Shown: one piece after another, positions 45,992-56,018 of the stretch
Position numbering within the stretch: position 1 is the stretch's first letter
Layout of the letters: each line of letters starts with the position of its first letter
Assembly: GCA_016235455.1 (NCBI GenBank)
Contig: JACRKZ010000032.1
Coordinates: 1 to 64,000 of the forward strand
Direction: 5' to 3'
Length of the DNA stretch: 64,000 bases
DNA from: Armatimonadota bacterium
GTDB lineage: Bacteria > Armatimonadota > UBA10988
Program-made: the position numbers and the translations under genes
The notes under the pieces: model-generated
Database searches by the model: none
What the model was told of the DNA's origin: nothing
Seen by the model: the letters and a program-made list of their open reading frames with translations, nothing else

Positions 45992-48900
45992 CGGGCCGAC
46001 CCCAATCGCGTCAGCAGATCGCCAGCCTCCAGCCGCAATCGGGCCGGCAGGAGGGGATCGGGCAGCCAGTCGCTGGTGCGATAGCCGCCGGCATTGGGGA
46101 TGACCATCAGGTCGCGCACTTTCTTGAGCAACAGCTCGATGCGCGGCGCCAGCGCCGGCTTGTCCGCCGCCAGCTTGGCCAGCGCGGCGAACACTTCGTA
46201 GTCTTCGATGCCGTCGCGGGCCTGTTCGAGCCGGATGGACGCCACTGGCTCCGTGCGGCCCAACGGCTCACCGGGATAGGCCAGGTAGCCATCACCGTTG
46301 GGGTACCGGATGTTGTAGCTCTTGCCCTCGCCCGGCTCGTCGGCCTGCTGGATGAAGCTGTGCCAGCCATAGCGGTACGGATCGTAGGTGTACCACGACA
46401 GGCCCCAGAACTCGTAGCCGCTCACGTCGTGGGCGAAGCAGTACCAGGGCAGCATCCGCTCGCAAGCGGCGTACGGCGTATCAATCTCCATCTGACCATC
46501 GGTGGTGAACCAGATCTTGTCGCCCGCCCGGCGGCGCGCGGCGATCTCGTCGGTCGGGAAGCAGCCGTACTGACCGACGCCCCAATGGTTGAGGATGCCG
46601 TCCCAGGCCTTGTTGTGACGCCAAGTGCTGCTGTAGACGGTGATGTCGGGCGCCACCTCGCGAGCGTAGCCGATGACCTCGCCCAACCACTTGGTCACCT
46701 CCGGCCGGTCGAAGTGCGGCTCGTCGGAGACGTACAGCGTCAGGTAGCGGCTCCATCCGCGCTGGTGGCAGTGGTCCCAGAGCAGCTTCAGCGCCTGCTG
46801 GTAGGCCGACTTGTACTCGGGCGAAGGATACCGGCAGCCCAGGAAGTCGCGCGGCGGGTAGGCCCAGCCACAGGCGTAGAACACCTCGGGCAGATACGCC
46901 GCGCTCATCTTTAGCTCGTCGAACCGCCGCGTGGCTTCCTTGTCGAAGAGCGTCGCGTCCATGGAGACCTTGCCGTCGCGCAGCTCGAACTTGGGCGACG
47001 GCAGGCTGTCGGGGCAGACCCGATGCTCGGCCATGAACTTCAGCCAGGCGTCGTGATCGCCGCCGGAGCGCAGGTCGTAGATGACCTGCAGCGAGGCCCG
47101 CTCGGGTTGCGTGAACGGCCACACGGTCAGCGTAAAGTCCACGGTCCGCGCGGCGCCGGTGGCCGGCGCAATGACCACCTGGCCCCGGTGCACGCCGGGC
47201 TGAGCGTCGCGCGGCACGGTCATGGTCACCCAGACGGCCTGCGTCTGGTTGGCCCGGAGGTCCAGTGGCTTGTCCAGCGGCAGCAGGTAGTCGGGCCACC
47301 AGCCCTGCCAGCCATCGGTGCGACTCTGACCGTGGGGCTTGAGCCGCTCCCAGGCCTGCGCCTTCTCGTTGAAGTAGCCGCCCGGCTGGAGCACGGGGAC
47401 ATAGCCGACGCGCTCGATCTTCAGCGGCAGGCCGGCACAGGTGGCGCTGAGCTTGACGCCCGCCATGTCGGTGTTGGTGCGCAGGCAAAGCTGGAGCGTC
47501 TCGCGCTCGCCCCGCGTGGCCGCCAGCGGCACGGGCGACGGACCCGCGGCCTGCGGCGGAACCGCGTCGCGCATGGGCTTGACGATCGGGTCGAGCGCCC
47601 ACACGGTGAGCCCGCCACCGGGTCGCGCCCGGCTCTCCATGGCGCCCATGCGGCCTGCCACGGCGCGCCGCAGCACAACGTCGTCGTGCCACACGGTGCC
47701 GTTGTTGTTCATCGTCAGGTGCATCTCGAACGACTTGGTGTCGGGCCCCGAATGCATGATGGAGCCGATGGTGGTCCAGTCGGTGGTGCCGCTGGGCCCG
47801 GTGCCGGTGGACCCGCCACGCTGGCCCGCCCACTCGCCCTTGTCGTCGAGGAAGTGCACGTACAGCGGCGCGGGCCCGGTCAGGCCCTCGGTCTTGACCC
47901 GCGCGGAGTAGAAGTAGTCGGTGTTGGGGTCGCACGGCACAGCCTTGCGCCAACCGACCCACCGCGCCGGCGCGGCCGCCGGGACCACCGAGCGCCCGCA
48001 CCACTCGCCGCGTGCGCCGCCCTTGACCCGCGTGACGCTCACGCCCTCGGCCTGAACGCCCTCGGTGCCGCCCGACCAGGAGGCCGGCTTGTCGCCCGTG
48101 CCGTCCTCGAAGCCGGGGTTGGGCGCCAAGTTGCCAGGCGCGTCCACCAGGTCGGCCATGGTCATGGCACGGCCCGGCAGCTCGACGCCCACGTACACCG
48201 GCAGCGCCAGCCGACAGCGCGCGGGCACATCGATCAGCATGAGGATGCTGTCACCCGAGATCAGATGCGGGATCGGCCGGCTGGTGCGCGGATCCCAGAC
48301 CGCCAGCGGCTCGCCCTTGGGCACCCGCACAGTCAACGCTTTGGCCGGCACCGCCACCAGCGCCGACGCCGCTGCGTCGCCGGTGTTGTAGACGATGGCC
48401 GTGCCGCGGCACCAGGCCTTGGCCAGCGGGCCGGTCGTGGGCCACTCGCCCGGCCCGATCTCTGCCAGCTTGAGCTGCTCGACCGCGCCCACCGTCGCGG
48501 TGACCGCGGGCTTGGCCGCGTCCAGCGCTTCCACCTTGACATCGTCGAACCAGGCCGTGCCCGTGCCAAACAACACAGTGCCGACCGTCAGGCTTTGCGC
48601 GCCGTCGGGCGCGGTGAACTCAATGACCGTCTGCTGCCAGTCGAAAGTGCCCTTGCTCTCGCCCTCAACGCGGTTGATGGCCATGGCGTTGGCGCCGGTG
48701 GCCACATGGATGAACCAGCCCGCGCGGCCCACGACATCGCGGCCCTTGGCCCAGCCGCTGACCCGGTAGCGACGGCCGCCTTGCAGTCCGATACCCGCCT
48801 GGCGCGCGGCGATCCACGTCGATTCCGCGCCGGCGTCGACCTCGACCTTGACGCAGCGCTCCCCGGTGCGCGGGCTTTCCTTGCTCCAGGTGATGCGATG

Positions 48901-49386
48901 CTGTGCGTCGGCGCCGCTCAGATCCCAGGCATCGACCGTGGTCCCGCCCGCCTCGAACGACGCGTTCGCCAATGCCGCCGAGCCCTTGAGATAATCGGGT
49001 ACGGGATAGGCGTCGGGATGGTTCCAGTAGACCCACAGCCGCTGCGAGCCGCCGGCCGGCGCCGCCACCGGCAGCACCAGTCGCGCGCCGTCGGGGATGG
49101 CGCCCTCGGTCAGCCGGCCGTTGGGTCCGCGCAGGTCGAACAGCAACTCCGTACCGGCGTCATCCGTGGCGCGAATGTCCTGCGCCCTGGCGCCCGCCAA
49201 GGGCAGCCCAGTGGCGCCGATCGGCACCTCCACCGGCGCGCCGGCCACGGCCTCGGCGCCCTGGTTGCCCACCTGCACGGCCACGCGCGAGCGCCACAGC
49301 TCGGACCCGCCAAAAGCCAGGTCGGTCGACCAGGGCTGGCCCATCGCCATGCTCGCTGCCGCCACCAGTACCGCCGTCCAACGCAT
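45988..49386 (-). CDS. Secreted DUF4091-domain (GH123-like) protein with two CBM4/9-like modules
   Basis: Signal peptide; NASFEAG and NPGFEDG CBM starts with WFDD/WHDD ends; RGERE, SDEP, GDGYLAYPG, SIRLEQARDGIEDYE. Confidence 0.75.
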   Translation of the reverse strand: MRWTAVLVAAASMAMGQPWSTDLAFGGSELWRSRVAVQVGNQGAEAVAGAPVEVPIGATGLPLAGARAQDIRATDDAGTELLFDLRGPNGRLTEGAIPDGARLVLPVAAPAGGSQRLWVYWNHPDAYPVPDYLKGSAALANASFEAGGTTVDAWDLSGADAQHRITWSKESPRTGERCVKVEVDAGAESTWIAARQAGIGLQGGRRYRVSGWAKGRDVVGRAGWFIHVATGANAMAINRVEGESKGTFDWQQTVIEFTAPDGAQSLTVGTVLFGTGTAWFDDVKVEALDAAKPAVTATVGAVEQLKLAEIGPGEWPTTGPLAKAWCRGTAIVYNTGDAAASALVAVPAKALTVRVPKGEPLAVWDPRTSRPIPHLISGDSILMLIDVPARCRLALPVYVGVELPGRAMTMADLVDAPGNLAPNPGFEDGTGDKPASWSGGTEGVQAEGVSVTRVKGGARGEWCGRSVVPAAAPARWVGWRKAVPCDPNTDYFYSARVKTEGLTGPAPLYVHFLDDKGEWAGQRGGSTGTGPSGTTDWTTIGSIMHSGPDTKSFEMHLTMNNNGTVWHDDVVLRRAVAGRMGAMESRARPGGGLTVWALDPIVKPMRDAVPPQAAGPSPVPLAATRGERETLQLCLRTNTDMAGVKLSATCAGLPLKIERVGYVPVLQPGGYFNEKAQAWERLKPHGQSRTDGWQGWWPDYLLPLDKPLDLRANQTQAVWVTMTVPRDAQPGVHRGQVVIAPATGAARTVDFTLTVWPFTQPERASLQVIYDLRSGGDHDAWLKFMAEHRVCPDSLPSPKFELRDGKVSMDATLFDKEATRRFDELKMSAAYLPEVFYACGWAYPPRDFLGCRYPSPEYKSAYQQALKLLWDHCHQRGWSRYLTLYVSDEPHFDRPEVTKWLGEVIGYAREVAPDITVYSSTWRHNKAWDGILNHWGVGQYGCFPTDEIAARRRAGDKIWFTTDGQMEIDTPYAACERMLPWYCFAHDVSGYEFWGLSWYTYDPYRYGWHSFIQQADEPGEGKSYNIRYPNGDGYLAYPGEPLGRTEPVASIRLEQARDGIEDYEVFAALAKLAADKPALAPRIELLLKKVRDLMVIPNAGGYRTSDWLPDPLLPARLRLEAGDLLTRLGSAR

Positions 49387-49484
49387 AGGGATCTCCGCCT
49401 TCTCAGTTCGCGGAGCGACTCCGGGCTCCTTCCGCGGCGGCTCGCCCCAGAGGAATCGCGCCCGGGGAGTCATAATGGGAGAGC

Positions 49485-51239
49485 ATGGAAGACCTACCCT
49501 TGACCTGCGATGTCATCGTTCTCGGCGCCACCCCGGGTGGCATCATGGCTGCGGTCGCGGCGGCGCGGCGCGGCTGCAGCGTGCTGCTCCTCGAGCGCAC
49601 GGCCCATGTCGGCGGCCTGCCGGCCAACGGTCTGGGCGCGACGGATATCGGCACGCGTGGCGCCACCGGCGGGCTGTTCCTCGAGTTCGTCGGCCGCATC
49701 AAGGCGCACTATGTCAAGGCCTACGGGGCCGCCAGCGCACAGGTCAAGGACTGCTCCGACGGCTACCACTTCGAGCCGTCCGTGGCCGAAGGCGTGTTCG
49801 AGGCCATGCTCGCCGAGCAACCGCGCATCACCGTTCTCCGGCGCCGCCAGTTCGATAGCGCGCCGGCCAACGTGGTCATCGAGCATGGCCAGTTGCGCGG
49901 CCTGACCGTAACCGACCTGGCCAGCGGGCAGCCCGAGACCTATCTGGCGCAGGTGCTCATCGATGGCACCTACGAGGGCGATCTGGCCGCCGCCGCCGGC
50001 TGCCCGTTCGAGACGCGCCGCGAGAGCGCCAACGAGTATCGCGAGCCGCGCGCCGGCGTGCTGTACATCGGCTGGGGCGCCAAGGAGCCCGGCGCGGGCA
50101 GCACCGGCGCCGGCAGCGACACCATCCAGGCCTTCAACTACCGCCTCTGCCTGACCACCCGCGAAGGCAACAAGCGGCCCATCACCAAGCCGGCCACGTA
50201 CCGCCGCGAGGAGTACCTGAGCCTGATCGACGATGTGGCCACCGGCCATCACACCGGCTCGGGCAACCCGCCCAGCGGGATCGGCTGGCTGACCAACATG
50301 GTCACGCTGCCCAACGGCAAGACCGACAGCAACAACCAGCACCTGGCCTTCCTGAGCACCGATCTGCCCGAGGAGAACTACCCCTGGCCCACGGCAAGCT
50401 GGGCCTGGCGCGACGAGTTCGCCCGCCGGCTGCATGACTACACGCTGGGCCTGCTGTGGTTCGCCCAGAACGACGCGGCATTGCCCGAGGCCTTCCGGCG
50501 GGCCTGTGCCGCCTGGGGCCTGGCCGCCGATGAGTATGTCGACAACGACAACTTCCCGCGGCAGGTCTACGTGCGCGAAGGTCGCCGCGTGCTCGGCGAG
50601 CACCTCTTCACCGCGCACGACGCACTGCCCACGGCGCCCGGCCGGCGCCCGCCGCTGCACGCCGACAGCATCACCGCCAGCCACTACGCGCTGGACAGCC
50701 ACGCCCACCACAAGCGCGAGGCCGGCCGCGTCGGGCTCGATGGCTTCTTCAGCTACGGCACGGCGCCATACACCGTGCCCTATGGCGTCATGCTGCCGCG
50801 CCGGGCCGAGAACCTGCTGACGCCGGTGCCGGTGTCGGGCACGCATGTGGGCTTCAGCACGCTACGCATGGAGCCCTGCTGGATGGCCATGGGCCAGGCC
50901 GCCGGCACCGCCGCGGCGCTCTCGGTGCAGTCGGGCCACAGCGTGCGCGACCTCGACCGCGGCTGGCTGCGCGACGCGCTGCTGCGCGATGGCGCGGTCC
51001 TGGTCTACTTCCGCGACGCGACGCCCAGCCACGGGCAGTTCCAGGCGCTGCAGAAGCTGGCGCTGCGCGGGCTGATCGCGGACTGGAACGCCCGGTTGGC
51101 CGAGCCCGTCACGCGCGAGGACCTGGCCAAGTGGTGCGCCGCGCTGGGCATCGCGCCGCCGGCCGACGTCACACCGGGCAAGAGCGCGCGCGGCGAGGCC
51201 ATGGCCGCGGTGGTGGCGCTAGCGGAGCGCCGCGCCTGA
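49485..51239 (+). CDS. FAD-dependent oxidoreductase (PF12831-like)
   Basis: DVIVLGATPGG, DGTYEGDL, YVREGRR, SGTHVGFSTLRMEP, GQAAG. Confidence 0.88.
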   Translation: MEDLPLTCDVIVLGATPGGIMAAVAAARRGCSVLLLERTAHVGGLPANGLGATDIGTRGATGGLFLEFVGRIKAHYVKAYGAASAQVKDCSDGYHFEPSVAEGVFEAMLAEQPRITVLRRRQFDSAPANVVIEHGQLRGLTVTDLASGQPETYLAQVLIDGTYEGDLAAAAGCPFETRRESANEYREPRAGVLYIGWGAKEPGAGSTGAGSDTIQAFNYRLCLTTREGNKRPITKPATYRREEYLSLIDDVATGHHTGSGNPPSGIGWLTNMVTLPNGKTDSNNQHLAFLSTDLPEENYPWPTASWAWRDEFARRLHDYTLGLLWFAQNDAALPEAFRRACAAWGLAADEYVDNDNFPRQVYVREGRRVLGEHLFTAHDALPTAPGRRPPLHADSITASHYALDSHAHHKREAGRVGLDGFFSYGTAPYTVPYGVMLPRRAENLLTPVPVSGTHVGFSTLRMEPCWMAMGQAAGTAAALSVQSGHSVRDLDRGWLRDALLRDGAVLVYFRDATPSHGQFQALQKLALRGLIADWNARLAEPVTREDLAKWCAALGIAPPADVTPGKSARGEAMAAVVALAERRA

Positions 51240-51245
51240 TCCGTG

Positions 51246-52001
51246 TCAGTGCACGCGCACCGGCAGCGTCTTCTCGTACGGTCCGACCTTGACCAGCACC
51301 GAGCCCTGGCCGGACTGCACGCCGACGAACTCGCCATAGGTCGAGATGACGCCGCAGTTGCCGCTCACCAACATGCTCGGCACCACGGTGGGCGGCGCGC
51401 CGCCCAGATAGGCCACGCCGATCTGCCTGGCCATGCCCACGCTGACATCGATGGTCTCGGGCGTCACCTGAATGCCCGTGAAGCCGACCGTGGTGAAGCT
51501 CGTGGGCAGCGGCGCCAGGTACAGGTAGTAGTCCATGCCGCCGGTGATCGTCAGCGTGTAGTACGTCCGCGCCAGGCCGCTGCCCGTCGGCGGCGTGACC
51601 TCCACCCAGTTCGGGCCGGCCACTAACTGGTTCGCGGCAAACGTGCCGTCGCTGCCCGACATGCTGTGCACCGTGCCCGTAGGCTCGGTCTGCGTCACGG
51701 TGCCGCCATTGTCGGTGCCACCCGTGCCGCCACCGCCCCAGTCGGGTGGCGTGGGCGGATCGGTGGTACCGCCGCCGGAGATGACCCGCGACCTGTTGGT
51801 CTTGGGCAGGAAGCGCAGTGAGGCGCCAACCAGCGGGGAGTTGGCGTTGTCGCCGCGGACGATGACGCCCGTGGCCCGACCGAGCCCGCCCAGCCCGCCG
51901 CCCGGCGGAATGCTGCCGCCCGTGAGGCCGGCACAACCCGCCAGCAGGCTGATCGCGACAACCAGCCCAATGGCTGCCAGCACCCGCGGGACTCGGCGCA
52001 C
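51246..52001 (-). CDS. Lipoprotein with carboxypeptidase-regulatory-like and Ig-like domains
   Basis: Lipobox LLAGC, PLVGASL...SDGTF pattern, IQVTP Ig-like C-terminus; starts 3 nt after the regulator stop. Confidence 0.65.
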   Translation of the reverse strand: MRRVPRVLAAIGLVVAISLLAGCAGLTGGSIPPGGGLGGLGRATGVIVRGDNANSPLVGASLRFLPKTNRSRVISGGGTTDPPTPPDWGGGGTGGTDNGGTVTQTEPTGTVHSMSGSDGTFAANQLVAGPNWVEVTPPTGSGLARTYYTLTITGGMDYYLYLAPLPTSFTTVGFTGIQVTPETIDVSVGMARQIGVAYLGGAPPTVVPSMLVSGNCGVISTYGEFVGVQSGQGSVLVKVGPYEKTLPVRVH

Positions 52002-52004
52002 GGT

Positions 52005-53744
52005 CTACTCCAGTGCAGCAAACTCCGCTGTCAGCGGTGGCCAGGCCAGCGCCGTCAGCACTTCGGTCAGCCGGTCTGCACAGCCGGCCGTCGACAGCAG
52101 CGTAAGGCAGCCGCGAACCAGCGTCAAGCGTTCCACGTCGTCGAGCAGCGCTTCTTCGACCTCACTCGCCAACAGCGCCTCGCGCGCGCCCACCCAGCCC
52201 AGCAGACAGGCCTCGGCCGCGTCGCGGTCGCCCAGCGCCGCGGCGCGCGCGCCCAGCACCGAGAGCAACAGCTCGTTCGCCCTGGTTTCACGCGCCAGCC
52301 GCTCGGCTTCTTCAAACAGGGTGGCCGCATCGCGCGCGTCGGCCGCGTCGCGGGCTTGAGCCAGATAGGCCCAGCCCAGTTGCGCGCGCGCGCCGATGCG
52401 CTCGGCTACGGCCGCCACGCGCCGCACCTCGATGCCGGCGGCGGCCCGCTGGCCCAGCGCCCGTTGCGCTTCGGCCACGGCCAGCCGCGCGGTCGATTCC
52501 ATCTTGGCCAGTCCGTGCGCCGTCGCCGCCGCCACGGCCTGCTGCGCGTGGTAGAGGGCCTCGTTGGCATCGCCGGCCCGGCGCGCGGCTTCGCTCTGGG
52601 CCAACTGCGCCAGCAGCTCGGCCCGCACCGAGCCCAGCTCGACCGCCTCGCTCAGCGCCGCGCGGGCCTCGCCGCGAGCCTCGGCGCAACGGCCCAGCAC
52701 CGCCAGCAACTCGGCGCGACAGGCCTGTGCCACGGCCATGCGCTCACGTTCGCCCGTCAGCCGCGCCACCCGCAGCGCGTCGTCCAGCGCCTCCAGCGCC
52801 GCCGGCAGCAGCAGTTGCTGCCGGCGAGCGAAGCCCAGGTTGATGCGCGCCTCGATCAGCTGGCTGACGGCCGCCAGCTCCTCGGCCAACGGCGCGCAAC
52901 GGCGGGCCGACGCCTCGGCCCGCTCGAAATCGTCATGGAGCAGGTACACATTGGTGGTGGCGCCGGCCACGAACACCTCGGCCCAGGCGCGCGACGGCCC
53001 TTCGGGTTGGGCGGCGATGAGCTGCTCGGCCAGGTCCAACTCGGCCAGCGCGGCCTCGCCTCGGCCCAGCGCCTCATAGACATCGGCCCGGCCCAGGCGG
53101 CCCTTCCACTCGCTGTCGAACCGCCCCCCGGCGATGACCGCCTCGAACTCGGCCAGCGCGCGGTCGCGCTCACCCAGCCCGGCCAGCGCCGCGCCCAACG
53201 TCTGATGGGCCGCCCGCTCGCGGTCCGCGTTGCCCGACTCGGCGTAGGCCTGCACACAGCGCTGCATCGCCGCGCGCGTGCCTTCCAGATCGCCGAGTTG
53301 GTAGCAGGCATGGCCTAGCCGGAAGTCGGCGTCGGCAATCAACTGGGGATCCTCGCTACGCGCCGCGAGTTCGGCCATGCGCTGACAAGTGGTGCGAGCC
53401 GCGCCGAAGTCGGGCGGGCTGGACTGGGCCACGGCCAAGGTCAGCATGGCCTCGAGCCGCTCGGCGGCGGCCGCGGGCTCCGGCTTGACCGGCATCGGCG
53501 CGGGCCGGGCCTCGGCGTCGGGCTCGTCGGCGTAGAACCACGCCAAGGGCCGGCCACACACGCGTCCGATGGCCTGCAGACGATCCGCCTGGGCCAGCAC
53601 CTGCCCACTGACATACTGGTAGATGAGGGCACGCGAACAGCCGACGGCCGTGGCCAACTCCGCCAGCGACATGCTGGCGGCATCGGCCGCGGCCTGAATG
53701 CGCCCGCCCAATTCGCGCCGCCCATCGCGGCTGCTCAGATCCAC
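52005..53744 (-). CDS. XRE-family HTH regulator with TPR repeats
   Basis: MSLAELATAVGCSRALIYQYVSG HTH_3 followed by about 10 TPR-like helical repeats; GGAG RBS, GTG start. Confidence 0.85.
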   Translation of the reverse strand: MDLSSRDGRRELGGRIQAAADAASMSLAELATAVGCSRALIYQYVSGQVLAQADRLQAIGRVCGRPLAWFYADEPDAEARPAPMPVKPEPAAAAERLEAMLTLAVAQSSPPDFGAARTTCQRMAELAARSEDPQLIADADFRLGHACYQLGDLEGTRAAMQRCVQAYAESGNADRERAAHQTLGAALAGLGERDRALAEFEAVIAGGRFDSEWKGRLGRADVYEALGRGEAALAELDLAEQLIAAQPEGPSRAWAEVFVAGATTNVYLLHDDFERAEASARRCAPLAEELAAVSQLIEARINLGFARRQQLLLPAALEALDDALRVARLTGERERMAVAQACRAELLAVLGRCAEARGEARAALSEAVELGSVRAELLAQLAQSEAARRAGDANEALYHAQQAVAAATAHGLAKMESTARLAVAEAQRALGQRAAAGIEVRRVAAVAERIGARAQLGWAYLAQARDAADARDAATLFEEAERLARETRANELLLSVLGARAAALGDRDAAEACLLGWVGAREALLASEVEEALLDDVERLTLVRGCLTLLSTAGCADRLTEVLTALAWPPLTAEFAALE

Positions 53745-53812
53745 CAGTGTCTCCGCTGTCCAGCCTGACTATACAGTGCCCCGACTCAACAGCCCTGTGA
53801 CTACCCCTGATC

Positions 53813-54020
53813 AAAAAAGGACATCCGACCCCACAAACCAAACCTTGGCGCGAACCCCGACGCTCCCCTGTCAGAAACTCGCGGCTTGGCTTGTAGGGCC
53901 GGATCGGTACGTCCCCGTAGAGCCGGGACGCCGTAACCAGGCCGCCAGGCCGGCGGTAGAGGCACGCCCTACCTCTTCACCACCGACCGCGCACCGAAGC
54001 TCGTTTCGCTCCAGCCCACT
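53813..54020 (-). ncRNA. Candidate structured RNA (~208 nt), family not recognised
   Basis: Own promoter, four consecutive hairpins with strand-specific G.U pairs, ends in TTTTTT. Confidence 0.65.
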
Positions 54021-54026
54021 GAGTAG

Positions 54027-54055
54027 AGTGTATAGCCACGCTAGACAGATGTCAA
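54027..54055 (-). promoter_or_regulatory. Near-consensus sigma70 promoter
   Basis: TTGACA-17 nt-TACACT on the minus strand, with an AT-rich upstream tract (AACATA x2). Confidence 0.8.
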
Positions 54056-54158
54056 ACACTCCGTTGGTAACATAAACATAAATTCCAAGGAAACTGGACA
54101 GTCTGGCCGCTGGTCGGCGACAGCGGGCGGCGCTACAATCCGCGCTGGAGCAGAGCGC

Positions 54159-56018
54159 ATGCTAGCTGATCGATTTGGCGAGAGCGACCTGGCGGGCCAT
54201 CTGGTGCCCTTGGCGGCCTGGCGGCCCTATCCGCGGGCGAGCGACCGCGACGGCTGGGGCGACCTGGAGCCGGCGCGGGCGGCAGCGCTGGTGGCCGCGG
54301 GTGAGGCGCGGCTGAGCCAGCCCTGGCCGGTGCTGTTGGCCTCGGTGTTCGCCGAGTTCCGCCGCACGGGCAATCGCAGCCACTGGGAGCAGCCCCAGTT
54401 CGCGCGGCGCAGCATGCTGTCCGACCTGGTGCTGGCCGAGTGTGTCGAGGGCCGGGGCCGATTCCTCGACGCGATCACCGACGGCGTGTGGCTGATCTGC
54501 GAGGAGTCGTTCTGGGGCGTCTCGGCCCACAACTGGGGCAAGCGCTGGCCGGACTCGCTCCTGCCCGACACCGCCGAGCGCATCATCGACCTGTTCGCCG
54601 GCGAGACCGGCGGGCTGCTGGCCTGGACGCTGTACCTGCTGGGCGACCAGCTCACTGCCGTCCATCCGGTGATCACCGACCGCATTCGCCGCGAGCTGGA
54701 CGAGCGCATCATCACACCGTACCTGGAGCGCGACGACTTCGGCTGGATGGGCCTGCAGGGCGGCTGGGTGAACAACTGGAACCCGTGGTGCGCCTCCAAC
54801 TGCCTGACCGTGGCCCTGCTCGCCGAGCAGGACGAGCCACGGCGCGGCGCGGCGGCCGCCAAGACGCTGCGCATCATCGAGCGGTTCGTCGCCATGTACC
54901 ATGCCGACGGTGGCTGCGACGAGGGCACGTCCTACTGGGGCCGAGCCGGCGCGTCGTTCTTCGACTGCCTCGACCTGCTCGACAGCGCCACGGCCGGCTG
55001 GCTGAACGTGTGGTCAGACCCGCTGGTGGGCAACATGGGCCGCTACCTGTACCGCTGCCACATCGACCGCGACTGGTACGTCAACTTCGCCGATGGCGGC
55101 GCCCGCGTGGGTGTGGAGGCGCCGCTGCTGTGCCGCTATGGGCGGAAGATAGGCGACTCGGCCCTGGTCGATCTGGGTGTCTATGCCGATCACCTGCGGC
55201 GCGCGGGCCACGAGCCGCCGTTGCGCATCACCTCCATGGGCCGCCGCCTGCCCGAGCTGTTCGACTGCCCGGAGCTGGCCGGCGAACCACGACCGGCGCC
55301 ATACATCGCCGCCGCCTGGCTGGACGGCATCGAGATGCTTACCGCCCGCTCTGAGCCGGGTTCGGCCCAGGGCCTGTTCCTGGCAGCCAAGGGCGGCCAC
55401 AACGCCGAGAGCCACAACCACAACGACGTCGGCCAGTTCATCGTCTTCCAGCACGGCCAGCCGGCGATCATCGACCTGGGCGTGGAGACCTACACGGCGC
55501 ATACCTTCTCGCCCCGGCGCTACGAGATCTGGACCATGCAGTCGGCTTGGCACAACCTGCCGACCCTGGGCGGCGTGCAGCAGAGCGCCGGCCGGCAGTT
55601 CGCCGCGCGCGAGGTCAGCGCCCAGGTCGATGACGACCGGGCCGAGCTGCGCCTGGACCTGGCCGGCGCTTACCCCACCGAGGCCGGCCTGCGCGCCTGG
55701 CATCGCACAACGCGGCTGGAGCGGGGCGACCAGCCCCGCGTCGTGGTGCACGACACCTTCGAACTGGCGGAGCCGCGCGAGGTGCAGCTCAGCGTGATCC
55801 TCGCCCGCGAGCCGCGGCTCACACCCACCGGCTGCGACCTGGCCGGCGAGGCGCCACTGTCCATCGCCTGGCCAACCGGCGTACTCAACGCCAGCATCGA
55901 GGCGGTCGAGGTCACCGACGACCGACTGCGCCCAGTGTGGGGCGAGCGAGTCTGGCGCCTGCTGCTGACCACGACCGGCGCGGTCGAGCGCGGCGACTGG
56001 ACGATGACGGTCGGTTAA
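54159..56018 (+). CDS. Heparinase II/III-family protein
   Basis: IDLFAGET, NNWNPWC, DGGCDEG.SYW, NFAD, KGGHNAESHNHNDVG, SAWHN. Confidence 0.85.
   Translation: MLADRFGESDLAGHLVPLAAWRPYPRASDRDGWGDLEPARAAALVAAGEARLSQPWPVLLASVFAEFRRTGNRSHWEQPQFARRSMLSDLVLAECVEGRGRFLDAITDGVWLICEESFWGVSAHNWGKRWPDSLLPDTAERIIDLFAGETGGLLAWTLYLLGDQLTAVHPVITDRIRRELDERIITPYLERDDFGWMGLQGGWVNNWNPWCASNCLTVALLAEQDEPRRGAAAAKTLRIIERFVAMYHADGGCDEGTSYWGRAGASFFDCLDLLDSATAGWLNVWSDPLVGNMGRYLYRCHIDRDWYVNFADGGARVGVEAPLLCRYGRKIGDSALVDLGVYADHLRRAGHEPPLRITSMGRRLPELFDCPELAGEPRPAPYIAAAWLDGIEMLTARSEPGSAQGLFLAAKGGHNAESHNHNDVGQFIVFQHGQPAIIDLGVETYTAHTFSPRRYEIWTMQSAWHNLPTLGGVQQSAGRQFAAREVSAQVDDDRAELRLDLAGAYPTEAGLRAWHRTTRLERGDQPRVVVHDTFELAEPREVQLSVILAREPRLTPTGCDLAGEAPLSIAWPTGVLNASIEAVEVTDDRLRPVWGERVWRLLLTTTGAVERGDWTMTVG

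Noticed and set aside
53813-54020. Assignment of the structured RNA as 6S, SRP, c-di-GMP-I, ZTP or lysine riboswitch
   Set aside because: No 5'-3' closing rod with a central bubble (6S), no SRP domain IV motif, and only isolated fragments (GGGACG, GGGGAGCG, GAAGAGGT) of riboswitch consensus
53871-54059. 62-aa ORF MFDICLAW... in the ORF track
   Set aside because: It starts upstream of and runs through the -35/-10 boxes, so it cannot be on the predicted transcript; no RBS
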